Origin: Pleionea sp. CnH1-48
GTDB taxonomy: Bacteria > Pseudomonadota > Gammaproteobacteria > Enterobacterales > Kangiellaceae
NCBI RefSeq assembly: GCF_024124665.1
Contig: NZ_JAMXSB010000005.1
Coordinates: 293,672 to 357,671 of the forward strand
Reading direction: 5' to 3'
DNA length: 64,000 bases
Of the stretch, positions 62,072 to 64,000 are shown one piece after another; the stretch's first letter is position 1; each line of letters starts with the position of its first letter. The translations under genes were made by a program, and so were the position numbers. The notes under the pieces are model-generated. The model was given only the letters and a program-made list of their open reading frames with translations, made no database searches and was not told the origin of the DNA.

Positions 62072-62785
62072 TCAATAACTTATAACTCCTTCTGACATTT
62101 CTAGCTTATCCGTAATCAAACGATTGTAGTTATAGCTCCTTACATCATCATTAGCAGGCTTTCTAAATGACACCTTGTTGCTCATAAATTCACAGTGCAA
62201 CGGTTCCTCTAGCTTCTTCTTTTCATGCTTATAACGCTGCTCCTTGCAGTATTCGGATAAGATAATTTGTTTCACTTCATCCTCGCTAACTTTAAGTATT
62301 GGAAACACATAAGCCACCTCGCCAGTGTCTTCATAAAAGGCTATATTCCCCTCTAATCGTATAACACTCTTTAGGTCTTCTGGTATCGGATAGTCCTGAA
62401 TACACAGCTCGTAGCTCTCTTCGGGCTCCTCAGAGCCAATACCTTCACCATCAGGCAATGTCCCTAACTCAAACACCTCTTGCCAATAGTCTCTTTCCTC
62501 GATATCCCATGCCCATCTTAAAGCAGGGTTAAGCATCAGATAGGACTTATCATAGATAGTTAACACCCTAGCCACTAAGCACCGTTCAAGCTCCTTAATC
62601 AGCCTGTAGTAAGCCGAATGGGAGAGCTTAAAGGTTTGATAGGGTTTCTTCGATAACACCAGTAAATTACATTTATCAGCTCTTGCAGCCACCTCCAGAA
62701 ATAGATTTAAAGCATTCTTGCTCATATTTAACTTAGCCACTCTTAGTAGCTCTGTGCTATCCATGCACGCGTATTTTCGTTTCAT
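62072..62785 (-). CDS. putative replication initiator of the integrative element
   Basis: 237 aa, basic N-terminus. The 5' end directly abuts the iteron field. Assignment is by context only. Confidence 0.4.
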   Translation of the reverse strand: MKRKYACMDSTELLRVAKLNMSKNALNLFLEVAARADKCNLLVLSKKPYQTFKLSHSAYYRLIKELERCLVARVLTIYDKSYLMLNPALRWAWDIEERDYWQEVFELGTLPDGEGIGSEEPEESYELCIQDYPIPEDLKSVIRLEGNIAFYEDTGEVAYVFPILKVSEDEVKQIILSEYCKEQRYKHEKKKLEEPLHCEFMSNKVSFRKPANDDVRSYNYNRLITDKLEMSEGVISY

Positions 62786-62885
62786 AAACCTCCTTATGAA
62801 TGAGTTTCAAAAAATGGGACAGCGTAAAACCTCTGCACACCTTACAGCACAAGGGCTATAGCCTAAAACACCGCCTTAACTTCCT

Positions 62886-63570
62886 ATTATTAAGAGAGAT
62901 TACCTTTAAGATTCTTAAGAACCTATAGCTTTATCTTTAAGACACCTATAGCAATAACAACAATGGTAAATTCTATTACACCTAATCTGAAATAAATCTT
63001 TAAGACATCTTTAAGATGGTCTAAGCGATGACTTAAGTTGTATCCATAGCTTAAAAAGTTTAAGAAATTTAATCAGCTATAACACCTATGACTTTGTAAC
63101 TATTGCTCATCCATTGAACATGTAATTAGTATATCGGCTATAGCTCCCTCTTAGGAGGCTTAAAGTTATCTTAAAGATAGCTCCTAGGTCAACTGCTTTA
63201 GATGGTGCTTATAACTACTGTTCTAATTTAACTCTTTCATACAAAATTCAATAGCCAATGACCAAAGAGCACTTTTAACAACACTCATAACCAAAACTGT
63301 TACATTAGTTTCTAAAGCTATAGAAGGTAGTGTCACACTTTTAAGTTCTCATCGCTTAGACTTTAATCAGCATCTTCTTTTTCAGTCCTTGAAAGGTGAA
63401 GTCCTAAGCCGTCTCATAGATGTGCAATAAACTTATCTTCATTGTTAAACGCTTATGATTAAATATTTAATTGTTCATCCTTTGAACATTGTAATTGGTG
63501 TATTACCTATAACTCCCTCATAGCCAAGCTAGAGATTATCTTAAAGATAGAGTTTAAGGTCAACTATGGT
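62886..63570. repeat. AT-rich iteron field / putative origin of replication
   Basis: At least 8 copies of TCTTTAAGA/TCTTAAAGA in both orientations, including tandem atctttaagac-atctttaagat at 62996-63019. Recurrent (g)ctatagc motifs. Two ~95-bp, roughly 75%-identical direct repeats at 63104-63195 and 63471-63568. Confidence 0.6.
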
Positions 63571-63605
63571 GTGGATATTTAGGCTAGGTCCATTAGCCAC
63601 TGTCA

Positions 63606-63896
63606 TCAATCCTCAAATACAGCCTCTTTGGGTAACTCCCAACCGTGCATATCTTCTGTTAGTAGAAAGTGTAATTCATCCATAGAAAGACTTTTTACTT
63701 GAGATGGTAACCAATTGTGCTTCTGAACCAGATAGTAATGTATAGCATCCATACCATTTAGACCTTGATATTTCTCTCGCCTTGCTAGTTCATCACCAAA
63801 GACAATGAGTGTATAATTTCGTTCTACACTGGTCTCAAATACTTTATGCACACTTCTATAAAATTCTCTTCTACTCATAATGCCTCCAACTAACAC
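63606..63896 (-). CDS. hypothetical small protein
   Basis: 96-aa ORF immediately beyond the iteron field. Confidence 0.3.
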   Translation of the reverse strand: MLVGGIMSRREFYRSVHKVFETSVERNYTLIVFGDELARREKYQGLNGMDAIHYYLVQKHNWLPSQVKSLSMDELHFLLTEDMHGWELPKEAVFED

Positions 63897-64000
63897 CGAT
63901 TAAACTATCAAGTAAACATTTCGAGATTTACAATTCACATAACAGCTTTATAAGATAATGTTTCTCTATCATATAAATATGCAGATAGAAAGTAGTCTTG

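Noticed and set aside
62886-63570. CRISPR array interpretation of the repeat-rich region.
   Set aside because: The repeats are short (9 bp), irregularly spaced and occur in both orientations. The two long repeats are degenerate (about 75% identity) and there are no cas genes. This fits iterons, not CRISPR.

Overview
This window looks like a marine gammaproteobacterial chromosome segment (Vibrionales/Alteromonadales-like gene order; GC appears to be about 42-45% by eye). Most of it is core housekeeping, identified from the six-frame track. The core genes are purD, purH, dusB-fis, prmA, crp with a divergent OsmC/YhfA-like gene, pabA, gph, rpe, tatD, dtd, pip, typA/bipA, coq7, purT and a fused 5-oxoprolinase. 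Conserved but poorly characterised modules are also present. There is a six-gene translationally coupled operon (RDD, DUF95, DUF4129, DUF4350, MoxR, DUF58). A MerR regulator is paired with an ArsP-like permease. Two tandem small OMP paralogs split the usual purH-purD pair. A co-oriented cluster encodes a 951-aa peptidase/beta-propeller/beta-barrel protein, an SGNH hydrolase, a DUF2339 protein and a ToxR-like TPR regulator. Two accessory regions stand out. The first (about 50.8-56.7 kb) is AT-richer. It holds a 269-bp element bounded by a 16-bp inverted repeat that abuts a CesT/SycE-like chaperone gene, a small disordered partner ORF, a soluble SPFH (band-7) protein with a tandemly duplicated N-terminal domain, an atypical tRNA-Lys(UUU) and several small orphan ORFs. 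The second (about 58.8 kb to the window end) looks like an integrative mobile element. It has a tyrosine integrase, a putative replication initiator preceded by an AT-rich iteron field with two ~95-bp degenerate direct repeats, and unusually long ORF-free stretches. It is truncated by the window edge. No CRISPR array, rRNA or reverse transcriptase was seen. All calls rest on reading the translated ORFs and the raw sequence; no database search was possible.
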